Origin: an uncultured Gemmatimonadales bacterium | GTDB taxonomy: Bacteria > Gemmatimonadota > Gemmatimonadetes > Longimicrobiales > RSA9 | Reading direction: 5' to 3' | Assembly: GCA_963741945.1 (NCBI GenBank) | Contig: CAVUKA010000002.1 | Location: 32,001-96,000, forward strand | Length of the DNA: 64,000 nucleotides | Part shown: one piece after another, positions 51,203-60,992 of the stretch | Layout of the letters: each line of letters begins with the position of its first letter | Numbering within the stretch: position 1 is the first letter of the stretch | Position numbers and translations under genes: made by a program | Notes under the pieces: generated by a model | What the model was told of the DNA's origin: nothing | The model's input: only the letters and a program-made list of their open reading frames with translations | The model's database searches: none

Positions 51203-52278
51203 CCGTCGGGAACGCGGAAGGAAGGTCTGTCCCGGAGCTGCCGGTCGAACTTCACAGTCCAGTGGCGGCTCGGCCGGAGCGTGAGGCCCAGGGTCTGGAT
51301 CGAGAGCGGGCTGTCCACCACGGGGTCGTAGTACTCGGTCCGGCCCACGGCATACAGCCCGACGGATCGCGCCACCGGCACGGCCAGCTGGACGAACGCC
51401 CCACGTTCCTGCGGCGCCACTGCGGTGGACGAGAGCGTCGTCGCCTCCGCCAGCAGCTCGACGCCGTGCACCCGCCACGACAGGTCGACGCCCAGCAGTC
51501 CGCGGCTGCCCGCGTCCTCCTTCCACTCCTCGTCCGGGCTCTCCTCGCTCCCGCTGTCCGGGGCTTCACCATCATCGTCGGGGCCGAGAGGCCGCTCGGC
51601 CCGGAATGCCACGCCGCTCACGCCCACGAACAGACCCCGGAACACTTCGAGCGCGCCCCGGAAGCCGAACGCTTCCCGGAAGGCGCTCTCCTCGCTGTAC
51701 CGGAACGGCGCGCCCGGGACCGCGGCATACAGCGCGTACCCGGCATCGTGCCCCGCCAGTCCCACCACGCCCGTAGCCATCGCCCCCGTCATGCTCTTCG
51801 CGAACGGTCGATACGTGGTGAGCGGACGGTGGGCCGTCCACGTGAGCGGCTCGGCGTGCACTTCGTTCCACTGCCCCACGGGCGTGAGGAAGCGCCCAAT
51901 CCGCAGGCGCAGCGCGTCGGTGAACGCGTATTCCGCGTAGAGCCGGACCAGGTCGAGGCCCCGCTCCTCGACCCGACCCGTCCAGTTCTCGCGGGTCGTA
52001 CTGGCAACCTCCAACTCGCCGAAATAGCTTAGCCTCCGCGCCACTGTCCCCGAGAGCAGCAGCGCGGCATTGCCTTCGGTCACGGCCACCGCCGTACCTT
52101 CGCCGTAGCGGGTGGCCCGACCGAAGACCACGCCCCCATAGCCTCCAACATGCACCGCAGAGGCGCTGCTCACCGGCGGAGCCGGCAGCTGCGCCCGCGA
52201 CGGAGATGCCGCCGCGGCCAGCAGCGTGGCGGCCGTGATCGCGGTTGCGGCGGCGTGTGCGCGTATCGGTCGTTTCAT
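51172..52278 (-). CDS. Outer-membrane porin-like beta-barrel
   Basis: Signal peptide; LRIGRFLTPVGQWN; alternating beta strands; C-terminal YLSVSGIF. Confidence 0.75.
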   Translation of the reverse strand: MKRPIRAHAAATAITAATLLAAAASPSRAQLPAPPVSSASAVHVGGYGGVVFGRATRYGEGTAVAVTEGNAALLLSGTVARRLSYFGELEVASTTRENWTGRVEERGLDLVRLYAEYAFTDALRLRIGRFLTPVGQWNEVHAEPLTWTAHRPLTTYRPFAKSMTGAMATGVVGLAGHDAGYALYAAVPGAPFRYSEESAFREAFGFRGALEVFRGLFVGVSGVAFRAERPLGPDDDGEAPDSGSEESPDEEWKEDAGSRGLLGVDLSWRVHGVELLAEATTLSSTAVAPQERGAFVQLAVPVARSVGLYAVGRTEYYDPVVDSPLSIQTLGLTLRPSRHWTVKFDRQLRDRPSFRVPDGWYLSVSGIF

Positions 52279-52299
52279 GGCTGAGAACCGGGAGCCCGG

Positions 52300-54069
52300 G
52301 TGGCGGTGAAGGATACCATCGTGCGGCGCGACGACGCGAGCGTGGGGCTGGACACCCTCGGCGCCCGTCTGGCGCTCGTGCTCGTGTCGTTCGTGGTGGT
52401 GGCCACCACGCTGGTCGGCGGCTTCGAGTACGTGCGTGGCCGGCGGGCTGTGGTCGGCCGCGCGACGGCTGCGCTGGAAGCCCGCGAGCGGCTCGTGGGA
52501 GACCGGCTCCTGCGCGCCCTCGACCAGCGGCGGCGCCTGACGGCCGTCTGGCCGGAGCTCGAGGCGGCCCAGGACCTGGCCGTGGACGACGTGGACAAGC
52601 GGCTCGCGTCCTCCCTCGTCCGCCTCTCCGAGAGCTTCGGTGGACATGCCGTCGCCCTCGCCCTCGGCACGGGCGACACCGTGATCGCGGCGTCCAGCCG
52701 CGCCTGGATCGGCACGTTCGCCGGCGACCGGCCGTGGAGCCGGATCCCGGCACCCGCTCCAGGCCGCGCGACCCTCCGCCTCACCCGCGACAGCACTCTC
52801 GGCCCCGTCGTCGCCGCCGTGGCCCCCGTGCTCGCCCGCACCACCGGCGCTCCCCTGGGACGCATCGTTCTCCTCTCGCCATGGGACGTGCTGGTGGGCG
52901 AGGCCGCGGGGGAGTACGGGACGGACCTGGAGGTGCGGGACGCGGAAGACCGGCTGCTCCGCCCGTCCACCGTCGGCAGCGCCGAGCGGCTCCGGGCCGC
53001 ACCCCTCCCCGTCCCCGTCGGAAATGATACCGTCCGCCTCACGCTCGGCACTCCCCTGGAGGAAGCGCTCCGGCCGCTCCACGCCACCCGCCGCCAGTTC
53101 GCCCTCCTGGCGCTGGTCGTGCTGCTGGTCACGGTGCCCGCCGCTCTCTTCCTGGCCCGCTCCAACACCGCCGCCCTTCGCCGGCTCACGGAGGACGCCC
53201 GGCAGGTCCACATGGGCGACGTTGGCGCCCGCACGCCCGCATCGGCCTCCCCGTTCGGCGCCACCACCGCCGCCGCCGCACTCGTGCCCGCCCCCGACTT
53301 CACACCCCCCACCGGGGCGCCCCGGGAAGTGAGGGTGCTGGCCAGCGCCCTGGCCACGATGGTGGAGCGCCTGGAGTCGTCACGGCTGCAGCTCGCACGG
53401 CAGGAGAGCCTGGCCGCCATGGGCACCATGGCCGCCGTCCTCGCCCACGAGATCCGGACGCCGCTCTCCGTGCTCCGCGGCTCGGCCGATATGCTCGCCC
53501 GACGCGTCGGGGACGACGAGCGCGATCGCGAGCTGGTGTCGTTCCTCGAAGAGGAGATCGGCAGGCTGGAGCGGCTCGTGAACGACCTCCTCATGTTCGC
53601 GCGCCCACGCCCCCCGGACATAGCGCCCACCGACCTCGCCGATGTGGCACGCCGCGGCATGCGCACGCTCGCCGGAAAGGCCGAAGAAGCCGGCGTATCC
53701 CTTTCGGCCGAGCTGCAGCCCGCGCCCGTCCAGGGCGACGAGGAGCAGCTGTACCAGGTCGCCCTCAACCTCATGGGCAACGCCATCGAGGCGTCGCCGC
53801 GCGGCGGCGAAGTGCGCGTCCGCACGGGAACCACGGGCCCCGATGCCTCGCTGGCCGTGGACGACGACGGCCCCGGCATCCCGGCCGCGACGCTCGATGA
53901 GGTCTGGACTCCGTTCTTCACCACACGCCGGGGCGGCACCGGACTCGGACTGCCCCTGGTCCGGCGCATCGCCAGGGCGCATGGTGGGGACGCGATCATC
54001 GAGCTGCCGCGGGAGAAGGGCACGCGCGTCGTGCTCACGTTGCCGCGGCGTGAAGGGGAGGAGGCATGA
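52300..54069 (+). CDS. Membrane sensor histidine kinase (periplasmic domain, HAMP, HisKA, HATPase)
   Basis: Two TM helices; LAHEIRTPL; NLMGNAIEA; DDGPG; GTGLGL; start uncertain. Confidence 0.92.
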   Translation: MAVKDTIVRRDDASVGLDTLGARLALVLVSFVVVATTLVGGFEYVRGRRAVVGRATAALEARERLVGDRLLRALDQRRRLTAVWPELEAAQDLAVDDVDKRLASSLVRLSESFGGHAVALALGTGDTVIAASSRAWIGTFAGDRPWSRIPAPAPGRATLRLTRDSTLGPVVAAVAPVLARTTGAPLGRIVLLSPWDVLVGEAAGEYGTDLEVRDAEDRLLRPSTVGSAERLRAAPLPVPVGNDTVRLTLGTPLEEALRPLHATRRQFALLALVVLLVTVPAALFLARSNTAALRRLTEDARQVHMGDVGARTPASASPFGATTAAAALVPAPDFTPPTGAPREVRVLASALATMVERLESSRLQLARQESLAAMGTMAAVLAHEIRTPLSVLRGSADMLARRVGDDERDRELVSFLEEEIGRLERLVNDLLMFARPRPPDIAPTDLADVARRGMRTLAGKAEEAGVSLSAELQPAPVQGDEEQLYQVALNLMGNAIEASPRGGEVRVRTGTTGPDASLAVDDDGPGIPAATLDEVWTPFFTTRRGGTGLGLPLVRRIARAHGGDAIIELPREKGTRVVLTLPRREGEEA

Positions 54070-55469
54070 CGGGTACGCCGATCCTGGTGGTGGACGACGA
54101 GCCGCGCATCCGGCGCGTGCTGGAGATGGCGCTGTCGGACCTCGGCTACGCAGTGGTGCTGGCGGAGGACCTGGCGGAGGCCCGGGAGCGGCTGGCGGGC
54201 GAGCGGGTGCAGCTCGTTCTCGCCGACCTCCAGCTCCCGGACGGCACGGGACTGGACCTGCTCACGGAGATCCGGAGCGAGCGCGACGATCTCCCCGTCA
54301 TCCTCATGACCGCGTTCGGCACCGTGGAGACCGCCGTGCAGGCCATGAAGCTGGGCGCGTTCGACTACGTGGTGAAGCCGTTCTCCATCGACGAGATCGA
54401 TGCGCTGGCCCGCCGCGCCCTCGGCTTCCACCGCGCCGAGCGCGAGATCGCGTACCTGAAGGAGATCGCGGCGCCGGACTTCGAAGGGATGGTGGCCGCC
54501 AGCGCGGCCATGCGCGCCGTGGTGGACGCCATCGAGCGCGTGGCCCCCACGCCGAGCACGGTCCTGGTCACGGGCGAGACGGGCGTGGGGAAGGAGCTGG
54601 TGGCGCGCGCCATCCACGCCCGCTCCGGCCGCCGCGATGCCCTGTTCGTCGCCCTCAATTGCGCCGCGATCCCCGGCGAGCTGCTGGAGGCGGAGCTGTT
54701 CGGCGTGACCCGAGGCGCGTTCACGGGCGCCACCGAGGACCGGCCGGGGAAGTTCGAAGTGGCCGACGGCGGCACGCTCTTCCTCGACGAGATCGGGGAC
54801 ATGCCGCCGGCCATGCAGGCCAAGCTGCTCCGGGCGCTCCAGGAGGGCACCGTCGAGCGGCTCGGCTCCCACGTCCTCCGCCGCGTGGACGTGCGCATCG
54901 TCTCCGCGACACACCGGGACCTCCCCGGGATGGTGGACGCGGGCGGCTTCCGCGCCGATCTCTTCTACCGGCTCAACGTCTTCCCCATCCACATCCCGCC
55001 GCTGCGCGAGCGGCCGCAGGACGTGGCGCCGCTGGCCATGCGCGCGGTGGAGCGCTTCGCCGGACGGCAGGGCCGCGCGCTGCGGCTCGATGATGCGGCC
55101 GTCCGGCGCCTCGAAGTCTATCACTGGCCGGGCAACATCCGGGAGCTGAACAACGTGCTGGAGCGGGCGGTGATCCTGGCCACGGGCGACGTCCTGTCCT
55201 CCGACGACCTCCCCTGGCTCCCCGCCCACGATGAGCGAGCAGCCCACCAGGCCGGCGCCCCGGGCGGGGGGTCCGACGCCCGGGACGGCGGCCCCGGCCG
55301 CGCCGCGGTGGAAACGCTGGACTCGGCGGTGGAGCGGGCCGAGCGCCAGGCCATCCGCACCGCACTCGCGGCCACCAGCGACAACAAGACGCGGGCGGCC
55401 GAGCTGCTCGGCATCTCCGTGCGCACTCTCTGGTACAAGCTCGACCGCCTCGGAATGCGGCAGGACTGA
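54066..55469 (+). CDS. Sigma54-dependent response regulator (NtrC/AtoC family)
   Basis: REC; GETGVGKE; GAFTGA; FLDEIG; WPGNIREL; Fis-type HTH; ATGA overlap with the kinase. Confidence 0.96.
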   Translation: MTGTPILVVDDEPRIRRVLEMALSDLGYAVVLAEDLAEARERLAGERVQLVLADLQLPDGTGLDLLTEIRSERDDLPVILMTAFGTVETAVQAMKLGAFDYVVKPFSIDEIDALARRALGFHRAEREIAYLKEIAAPDFEGMVAASAAMRAVVDAIERVAPTPSTVLVTGETGVGKELVARAIHARSGRRDALFVALNCAAIPGELLEAELFGVTRGAFTGATEDRPGKFEVADGGTLFLDEIGDMPPAMQAKLLRALQEGTVERLGSHVLRRVDVRIVSATHRDLPGMVDAGGFRADLFYRLNVFPIHIPPLRERPQDVAPLAMRAVERFAGRQGRALRLDDAAVRRLEVYHWPGNIRELNNVLERAVILATGDVLSSDDLPWLPAHDERAAHQAGAPGGGSDARDGGPGRAAVETLDSAVERAERQAIRTALAATSDNKTRAAELLGISVRTLWYKLDRLGMRQD

Positions 55470-55531
55470 CCTCCGGCGAATCAGTCGCCGTCGCCCCCGG
55501 CGTCCTCGCCACCGGCGTTCGTGACCACGTT

Positions 55532-56101
55532 CTAGCCCGCCCCGTTGATGGTCAGGATGCCGGTGGCGGCATCGTAGCTCGCGGGCAGCGACACGAGCGG
55601 CGCGATGGCCGGTCCGCGGATCACATCGCCGGCCGTGTTGTACTCCGCTCCGTGGTTCGGGCAGTACCACCCGTTCCCCGCCACCACGACCTGTGTCCCC
55701 TGGTGGGTGCACGCCAGGCCATACGCCACGTAATCACTGGCCGCCACGCGCCCCACACCCGCCACGGCCCCGCCGCCCAGGTTCACTTTGGCCACCCCGC
55801 CCACCTTGTCGAGCCCCGGATAATCCGACACGGCAATGTCCCACGGCCCGCCGGTCGGGAGCGTCGGCCCGAGGGGGCTGTTGACGTTGCACGCCACCAG
55901 CAGCCCCCCGATCGCCGCCACCGTGGCCGCCTCGATGAACTGCCGGCGCGACATCCCCGACGCTGCCCACGGCTCTCCACCGCCCCCCTCCGCCACTCCC
56001 CCGCCCGCCGCCGATGCGGGCCCCGCCATTCCCCCAGCCGCCACACCCGTCACCGCTTGCGCTTCCGCCTTCGACCGCAGCCCGCATCCTTCACAGCTCA
56101 T
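55532..56101 (-). CDS. Rieske [2Fe-2S] protein, Tat lipoprotein
   Basis: SRRQFI; lipobox LVA-C; CTHQG and CPNHG; start MSCEGC overlaps the upstream stop (ATGA). Confidence 0.9.
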   Translation of the reverse strand: MSCEGCGLRSKAEAQAVTGVAAGGMAGPASAAGGGVAEGGGGEPWAASGMSRRQFIEAATVAAIGGLLVACNVNSPLGPTLPTGGPWDIAVSDYPGLDKVGGVAKVNLGGGAVAGVGRVAASDYVAYGLACTHQGTQVVVAGNGWYCPNHGAEYNTAGDVIRGPAIAPLVSLPASYDAATGILTINGAG

Positions 56102-56775
56102 CCGTTCCCTCCCGGTTCCTGCGCGGCCGCGCCGAGCGCCACCACGGCCGTCTTCCATCCTTCGGGGTCCTTGTCCTGTCGGTACAGCGTCCCCGTATCC
56201 ACCATCACCTGCCCCTGCGCCACGCGGACGGCGTAGCGGTCCATCCCCCGCGTGGCGCGTCCCGAGATGAACGTCCCGTCCGGCTCGTACTTCGAATGGT
56301 GCTTCGGGCACTGGAAGCGGCCGTCGTCCCCTTCCCAGCGCAGCGCCGTGTGCTGGTGGGGGCACGAGAGCGCGAACGCGTACACGCTCCCCTCCCACCG
56401 CACCAGGATCACCTGGTAGCGCCGGTCGATCGTGGCCCCATCCGACGTCGGCAACGGATACGTCAGCCCGCCGCCGGCATCCAGGAGCCCGCGCCCGAAC
56501 CGGAGCGCCGGCTGCGCTGCCAGCGGGACTCGCGCCCCCGCGAGCAGCGCCATGGCGAGCGCACCCTGCCGCAGGAAGTCCCTGCGCGAGGCGCTCCAGG
56601 CACCGCCCCCCTCGCCCGCTGCCGCCGCGCCCGCGCGGTGCCCGGCGTCGCCTGCCTCGGTTCCCCGGTCACCACCAGTCCCGCAGCCGGCGCACGATCC
56701 GCAGGCGGCCGCCGCGCCGGCACCCATCTCTTCGCCGCGGATTCCGACCCGTCCTTCTTCCCCGTTCGCCCCCAT
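56098..56775 (-). CDS. Rieske [2Fe-2S] protein with Tat signal
   Basis: SRRDFL; CPHQH and CPKHHS; GGAGG RBS upstream. Confidence 0.9.
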   Translation of the reverse strand: MGANGEEGRVGIRGEEMGAGAAAACGSCAGCGTGGDRGTEAGDAGHRAGAAAAGEGGGAWSASRRDFLRQGALAMALLAGARVPLAAQPALRFGRGLLDAGGGLTYPLPTSDGATIDRRYQVILVRWEGSVYAFALSCPHQHTALRWEGDDGRFQCPKHHSKYEPDGTFISGRATRGMDRYAVRVAQGQVMVDTGTLYRQDKDPEGWKTAVVALGAAAQEPGGNG

Positions 56776-56784
56776 TCGCCCTCC

Positions 56785-57360
56785 TCAGACCGCTGTGAGC
56801 GCCGTGCCCAGCAGCAGCGTCAATCCCCACAGACTCATGCTCCTCACCGCAGCCCAGCGCAGGTTCCGCCACGCGCCGGGCGGGTTGGGGAGAACCGGGT
56901 CGGCCACCTGCAAACTCAGGTAGCCATCCCTTGACCCGGCCTCCCCCGATCCATCCGCTTCGCTCCACCCCCTCAGCCGGCGTTCCGCTTTCATCATGAA
57001 CAGCCCGTTCACCAGCAGCAGCGCGAACGCGCTCATCTTCAGCCAGAAGATCGGCGACGCGAGCAGGAACTCGGCGTCCCCGAGCGCCATGGCAATGCCC
57101 GTCAGCGTCACTACCGCCAGCCCGATCATCACCGGCCGGTGGACCTCACCGAGCTCCCGCAGCAGCAGGCGACGATCCCCGCCCTCCCGCCGCGAGATCC
57201 GCAGCGCCAGCCGGTCCGTCGCCACCGCGAAGCCGCCCGCCGTCAGGAGTCCGGCAAAGTGGACGAACAGAAGCCCCGTCTGCAGCAGCGTCGAGTCGTT
57301 GTACAGGTTCGCCCACGGCTTCGCCGCTTCCACCACCGGTTCGATCAGCGCCACATCCAT
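56785..57360 (-). CDS. Four-TM membrane protein (DUF6644/DUF2214-like)
   Basis: LFVHFAGLL; LTGIAM; FWLKM; TGATG overlap with the upstream gene. Confidence 0.7.
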   Translation of the reverse strand: MDVALIEPVVEAAKPWANLYNDSTLLQTGLLFVHFAGLLTAGGFAVATDRLALRISRREGGDRRLLLRELGEVHRPVMIGLAVVTLTGIAMALGDAEFLLASPIFWLKMSAFALLLVNGLFMMKAERRLRGWSEADGSGEAGSRDGYLSLQVADPVLPNPPGAWRNLRWAAVRSMSLWGLTLLLGTALTAV

Positions 57361-58076
57361 CAGTCCCTCCTGAACGGCGGCAGCATCATGAGCCAGCTCG
57401 TCACCGCCACGCCCATCGACACCATCGCCACCTGCTTGTGCGTGTTCCTCACCGAGCCGTTCTCCCCGGCATCCCCCGCCAGGATCCCCGTCGCCACGAA
57501 CCCGGCGTCCGCCGCCAGCATCAGAAGCCCGTGCGCCGTCCTCCACTTCCGCCCATACGGGTCCTTCCGCCCCTCCCACAGGTTCCACACCCCCGTCACC
57601 GTGTTCACGCCGAAGAGCCCCGCCACACCCGCCGCCGCCGGACCATGGACCGCCCGCGCCCACCCCGGCGCGGCACGCCCCTGCTCCACCAGCTTCTGCC
57701 CCGAGAAATACTGCGCCGCGAACAGCGGCAGCATCGCCCAGCTCGCCCACTTGTGGATCTGAAGCCGCGTGTAGTACGCGTCCGAGTAGTCGACCAGCGG
57801 GGGCGGCGGCGCAGGCGAGTCCGACGCCAGCGCCGACAACGGCGCCACCGGCACGAGCATGGCCAGCCGCGTCGCACGCTCGAATCCCCTCGCCCGCGCC
57901 GCACTCGCCCTCGAGCCTCCGTCCACCCTCCCGCCCGGCTCGGCCGCTGCCACACCCACCGCCACGGCTGCGCCCACTCCCGACGTGTCCGGCAGCGGCG
58001 TCAGCGAATACGGCTGCGGCGAGGCCTGCGCCATCGCCGCAGCGAAGAGCACCGCCAGGAAGTCCAGTCCGGGCAT
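57360..58076 (-). CDS. Hypothetical four-TM protein with four membrane His (cytochrome b-like candidate)
   Basis: Signal-like N-terminus; IHKW, VHGP, AHGL and THKQ each open a hydrophobic helix; GGAG RBS. Confidence 0.7.
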   Translation of the reverse strand: MPGLDFLAVLFAAAMAQASPQPYSLTPLPDTSGVGAAVAVGVAAAEPGGRVDGGSRASAARARGFERATRLAMLVPVAPLSALASDSPAPPPPLVDYSDAYYTRLQIHKWASWAMLPLFAAQYFSGQKLVEQGRAAPGWARAVHGPAAAGVAGLFGVNTVTGVWNLWEGRKDPYGRKWRTAHGLLMLAADAGFVATGILAGDAGENGSVRNTHKQVAMVSMGVAVTSWLMMLPPFRRD

Positions 58077-58140
58077 CTCGTCTCCGGGATACGATCTCCT
58101 TGGACCCGGCGCGCCCGGGTCCCTCCGACGCCGCTCGGAG

Positions 58141-58155
58141 GCAAGCACGGCGCCA
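58141..58155 (-). promoter_or_regulatory. Sigma54 -24/-12 promoter
   Basis: Minus strand reads TGGCGCCGTGCTTGC (TGG-N10-GC with TTGC), 65 nt upstream of ATG 58076. Confidence 0.75.
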
Positions 58156-58233
58156 CCCGCCCCGTTCGCCGCAAGACGTTGTCCCACCTGCATTTCCGCC
58201 CGCCATGACACGCGGCCGCAGCACGATTCTGCG

Positions 58234-58266
58234 CGCAATCGGCTGCACACCGCGCAAGGAATTGCA
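58234..58266. promoter_or_regulatory. Tandem upstream activator site candidates
   Basis: Two CGCAA-N5-TGCA imperfect dyads (58234-58247, 58253-58266), about 80-110 bp upstream of the -24 box. Confidence 0.55.
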
Positions 58267-58429
58267 GGGGGCCGCGTTCGTTCCCGGACCAGCACGGGCG
58301 GGAGCCGGCGCGGCAGCCGGAATTCCCCTGTGCGACATCAGGAATCTCCCCACAGACATTTCCGGGCCGAAGGGTTATTCTTCAGGGTCAACTCCACAAT
58401 CCCCCCCAGAGAATTTCGAGGAGCCGCGC

Positions 58430-59860
58430 ATGACGTCCGCCGCTGCTCTCGCCCGACCGCTCCCCCTGATCATCCAGGGCGGCATGGGCATTGGTGTCTC
58501 CGACTGGCGGCTGGCCCGGGCCGTGGCCCGGCGGGGCCACCTCGGCGTGGTTTCCGGGACGTGCATTGACACGCTGTTCGTGCGTCGGCTCCAGGACGGC
58601 GATCCGGGTGGGCACCTGCGTCGGGCCATGGAGCGGTTCCCGCTCCCGGACGTGAGCGCGAGCGCGCTGCGGAAGTACTTCAGCCCGGACGGCCGGGCGG
58701 AGGGTGCGGCGTACCGGCTCCTGTCCATGTGGAAGGACGGAGTCAGCCGCACGCGTGAGCAGCTGACGATGCTCGGCAGCTTCGTCGAAGTGTGGCTCGC
58801 GAAGGAAGGGCACGACGGCCCCGTCGGTATCAACCTGCTGACCAAGGTCCAGCTGCCGAACCTGGCCACCCTCTACGGGGCCATGCTGGCCGGAGTCGAC
58901 TACGTGCTCATGGGCGCCGGCATCCCGCGAGAGATCCCGGGCGTTCTCGACGCATTCGCCACCGGTGAGGGCGCGGCCATCCGCTTCGATGTCGAGGGCG
59001 GCGAGCGGGGCGACGAGCCGGAGATCCGCTTCGATCCGTCGAACCACATCGAAGAGCCGCCCGCGCTCCGCCGCCCGGCCTTCCTCCCCATCATCTCCTC
59101 GCACGCCCTCGCCACCATGATGGCCCGCAAGGCCAATGGCCGCGTGGACGGGTTCGTCGTGGAAGCGCATACCGCCGGCGGTCACAACGCGCCGCCCCGG
59201 GGCCGCGGTGAGACCAACGAGCGCGGTGAGCCCGTGTACGGCGAGCGCGACACGGCCGACCTGGAAGCCATGCGGGCGCTCGGCCTCCCCTTCTGGCTCG
59301 CCGGCGGCATGGGATCCCCCGAAGGTCTCGCGGCCGCACTTGAAGAGGGTGCTGCCGGGATCCAGGTGGGCACGCTCTTCGCCCACGCCGAGGAAAGCGG
59401 CCTCGACCGCGACCTCCGCCTCGCCACTCTCAGCCGCCTCCGCAGCGGTGAGCTCGGCGTGCACACCGATGGACGCGCCTCCCCCACCGGGTTCCCGTTC
59501 AAGGTGGTCCAGCTCGAAGCCACCAACGCCGATCCCGCCCGCTACGCCGCGCGCACGCGCACGTGCGACCTCGGCTACCTTCGCACTCCCTACCGCCGCG
59601 ATGACGGCCGAATCGGCTTCCGCTGCCCCGCCGAGCCGGAGGACGCCTACATCGCGAAAGGCGGCTCCCCGGAGGACACCGTCGGGCGGAAGTGCCTGTG
59701 CAACGGCCTCCTGGCCAATATCGGGCACCCGCAGCAGCGCGACGACGGCCCCGAGCGCGCCCTCCTCACCGCCGGCGATGACCTGCTCCGCCTGGCTGCC
59801 TTCCTCGGCGAGCGCGACACCTATACCGCCGACGACGCGCTCGATTACCTGCTCTCGTGA
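58430..59860 (+). CDS. Nitronate monooxygenase / 2-nitropropane dioxygenase-like flavoprotein
   Basis: IIQGGMG; MGAGIP; AGGHNAPPRG; FWLAGG; IQVGTLF; GAGGAG RBS. Confidence 0.88.
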   Translation: MTSAAALARPLPLIIQGGMGIGVSDWRLARAVARRGHLGVVSGTCIDTLFVRRLQDGDPGGHLRRAMERFPLPDVSASALRKYFSPDGRAEGAAYRLLSMWKDGVSRTREQLTMLGSFVEVWLAKEGHDGPVGINLLTKVQLPNLATLYGAMLAGVDYVLMGAGIPREIPGVLDAFATGEGAAIRFDVEGGERGDEPEIRFDPSNHIEEPPALRRPAFLPIISSHALATMMARKANGRVDGFVVEAHTAGGHNAPPRGRGETNERGEPVYGERDTADLEAMRALGLPFWLAGGMGSPEGLAAALEEGAAGIQVGTLFAHAEESGLDRDLRLATLSRLRSGELGVHTDGRASPTGFPFKVVQLEATNADPARYAARTRTCDLGYLRTPYRRDDGRIGFRCPAEPEDAYIAKGGSPEDTVGRKCLCNGLLANIGHPQQRDDGPERALLTAGDDLLRLAAFLGERDTYTADDALDYLLS

Positions 59861-60003
59861 CCCCGGTCCGCGCCTGTGGCGCCGGAAGTCTCTCCACCTG
59901 GAGAGATCCCGGCACGCGCTACCCATGCGGCGGCGCCCGGGAGCCTGGTGCAGCCCCGAGCCGCCGCGCATTGTTGGAGCGGCTCTGATACGGAGGAAGC
60001 GCC

Positions 60004-60987
60004 GTGGTCTCTTCGGGCCCGCGTGAGGAAGCCCGCGGACTGATCTTCGACATCCACCGCTACTCGGTCCATGACGGGCCGGGCATCCGCACGACCGTGT
60101 TCTTCAAGGGGTGCCCGCTGTCGTGCTGGTGGTGTCACAATCCGGAGAGCCAGGGCCACGCTCCTTTCCTCCATTACGACGCCGACCGCTGCCTTCGCTG
60201 TGGCGCCTGCGTCGAGGCCTGTCCTGCCGGCGCGCTGGCCCTCGTCTCCGCCGATGACCTCTCCGCCACGTCGCCGGATGGCGTCACCGCCGTGGCGCTG
60301 GACCCAGGCCGCTGCACGCTGGACCACGGCTGCGCTGCGCCGTGCGTGGAGGCGTGTCCGGCCGAGGCGAGGCAGCGGGTGGGCGGGTGGCTGACGGTGG
60401 CGGAAGTGATGGACGCGGTGGAGCGGGACGGGCTCTTCCACGAGCAGTCGGGCGGCGGTGTGACCTTCTCCGGCGGCGAGCCGCTGCTCCAGTGGCGCTT
60501 CCTGTCGAAAGTCCTGGACGCGTGCGGGGAGCGCGGGATCCATCGCGCCGTGGACACGACGGGGTTCGCGTCGCCGGAGGTGCTGCTGCGGATCGCTGAG
60601 CGGACGGACCTGTTCCTCTACGACATCAAGACGCTGGACCCGGGGCTGCACCGCCGCGCCACGGGCGTGCCGCTGCAGCCGATCCTGGACAACCTGGCCC
60701 GGCTCCTGGACGTCGGCGCGCGCGTGCGCATCCGCATGCCACTGGTCCCGGGCGTCAGCGATGGCGACGCGGCGGCCGACGCCCTGGCCCAGCACCTCGG
60801 GGGACTGGGCGCGGGGCGGCTGGACGGGGTGAATCTGCTCCCTTTCCACCGACCGGCAAAGGGGAAGCACGAGCGTTTCGGGCTGCCCTGGCGTCTACCT
60901 GTTGAGACCGCCGTCCCGGTAGCGCGGGTGCGAGAGCTGGCAGCGCGGCTGGAGCGGCAGGGAGTGCACGTCACCATCGGAGGCTGA
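60004..60987 (+). CDS. Glycyl-radical enzyme activase (radical SAM with ferredoxin insert)
   Basis: HDGPGIRTTVFFKGCPLSCWWCHNPES; CLRCGACVEACP; second Cys cluster; SGGEPL. Confidence 0.95.
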   Translation: MVSSGPREEARGLIFDIHRYSVHDGPGIRTTVFFKGCPLSCWWCHNPESQGHAPFLHYDADRCLRCGACVEACPAGALALVSADDLSATSPDGVTAVALDPGRCTLDHGCAAPCVEACPAEARQRVGGWLTVAEVMDAVERDGLFHEQSGGGVTFSGGEPLLQWRFLSKVLDACGERGIHRAVDTTGFASPEVLLRIAERTDLFLYDIKTLDPGLHRRATGVPLQPILDNLARLLDVGARVRIRMPLVPGVSDGDAAADALAQHLGGLGAGRLDGVNLLPFHRPAKGKHERFGLPWRLPVETAVPVARVRELAARLERQGVHVTIGG

Positions 60988-60992
60988 CTGCC

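Noticed and set aside
55532-56775. Rieske genes as part of a bc1 complex
   Set aside because: No PEWY-type cytochrome b or CxxCH cytochrome c in the locus
59881-59913. Hairpin before the activase as a riboswitch
   Set aside because: A simple stem-loop 20 nt after a stop codon, with no recognisable aptamer; more likely a terminator or stabiliser
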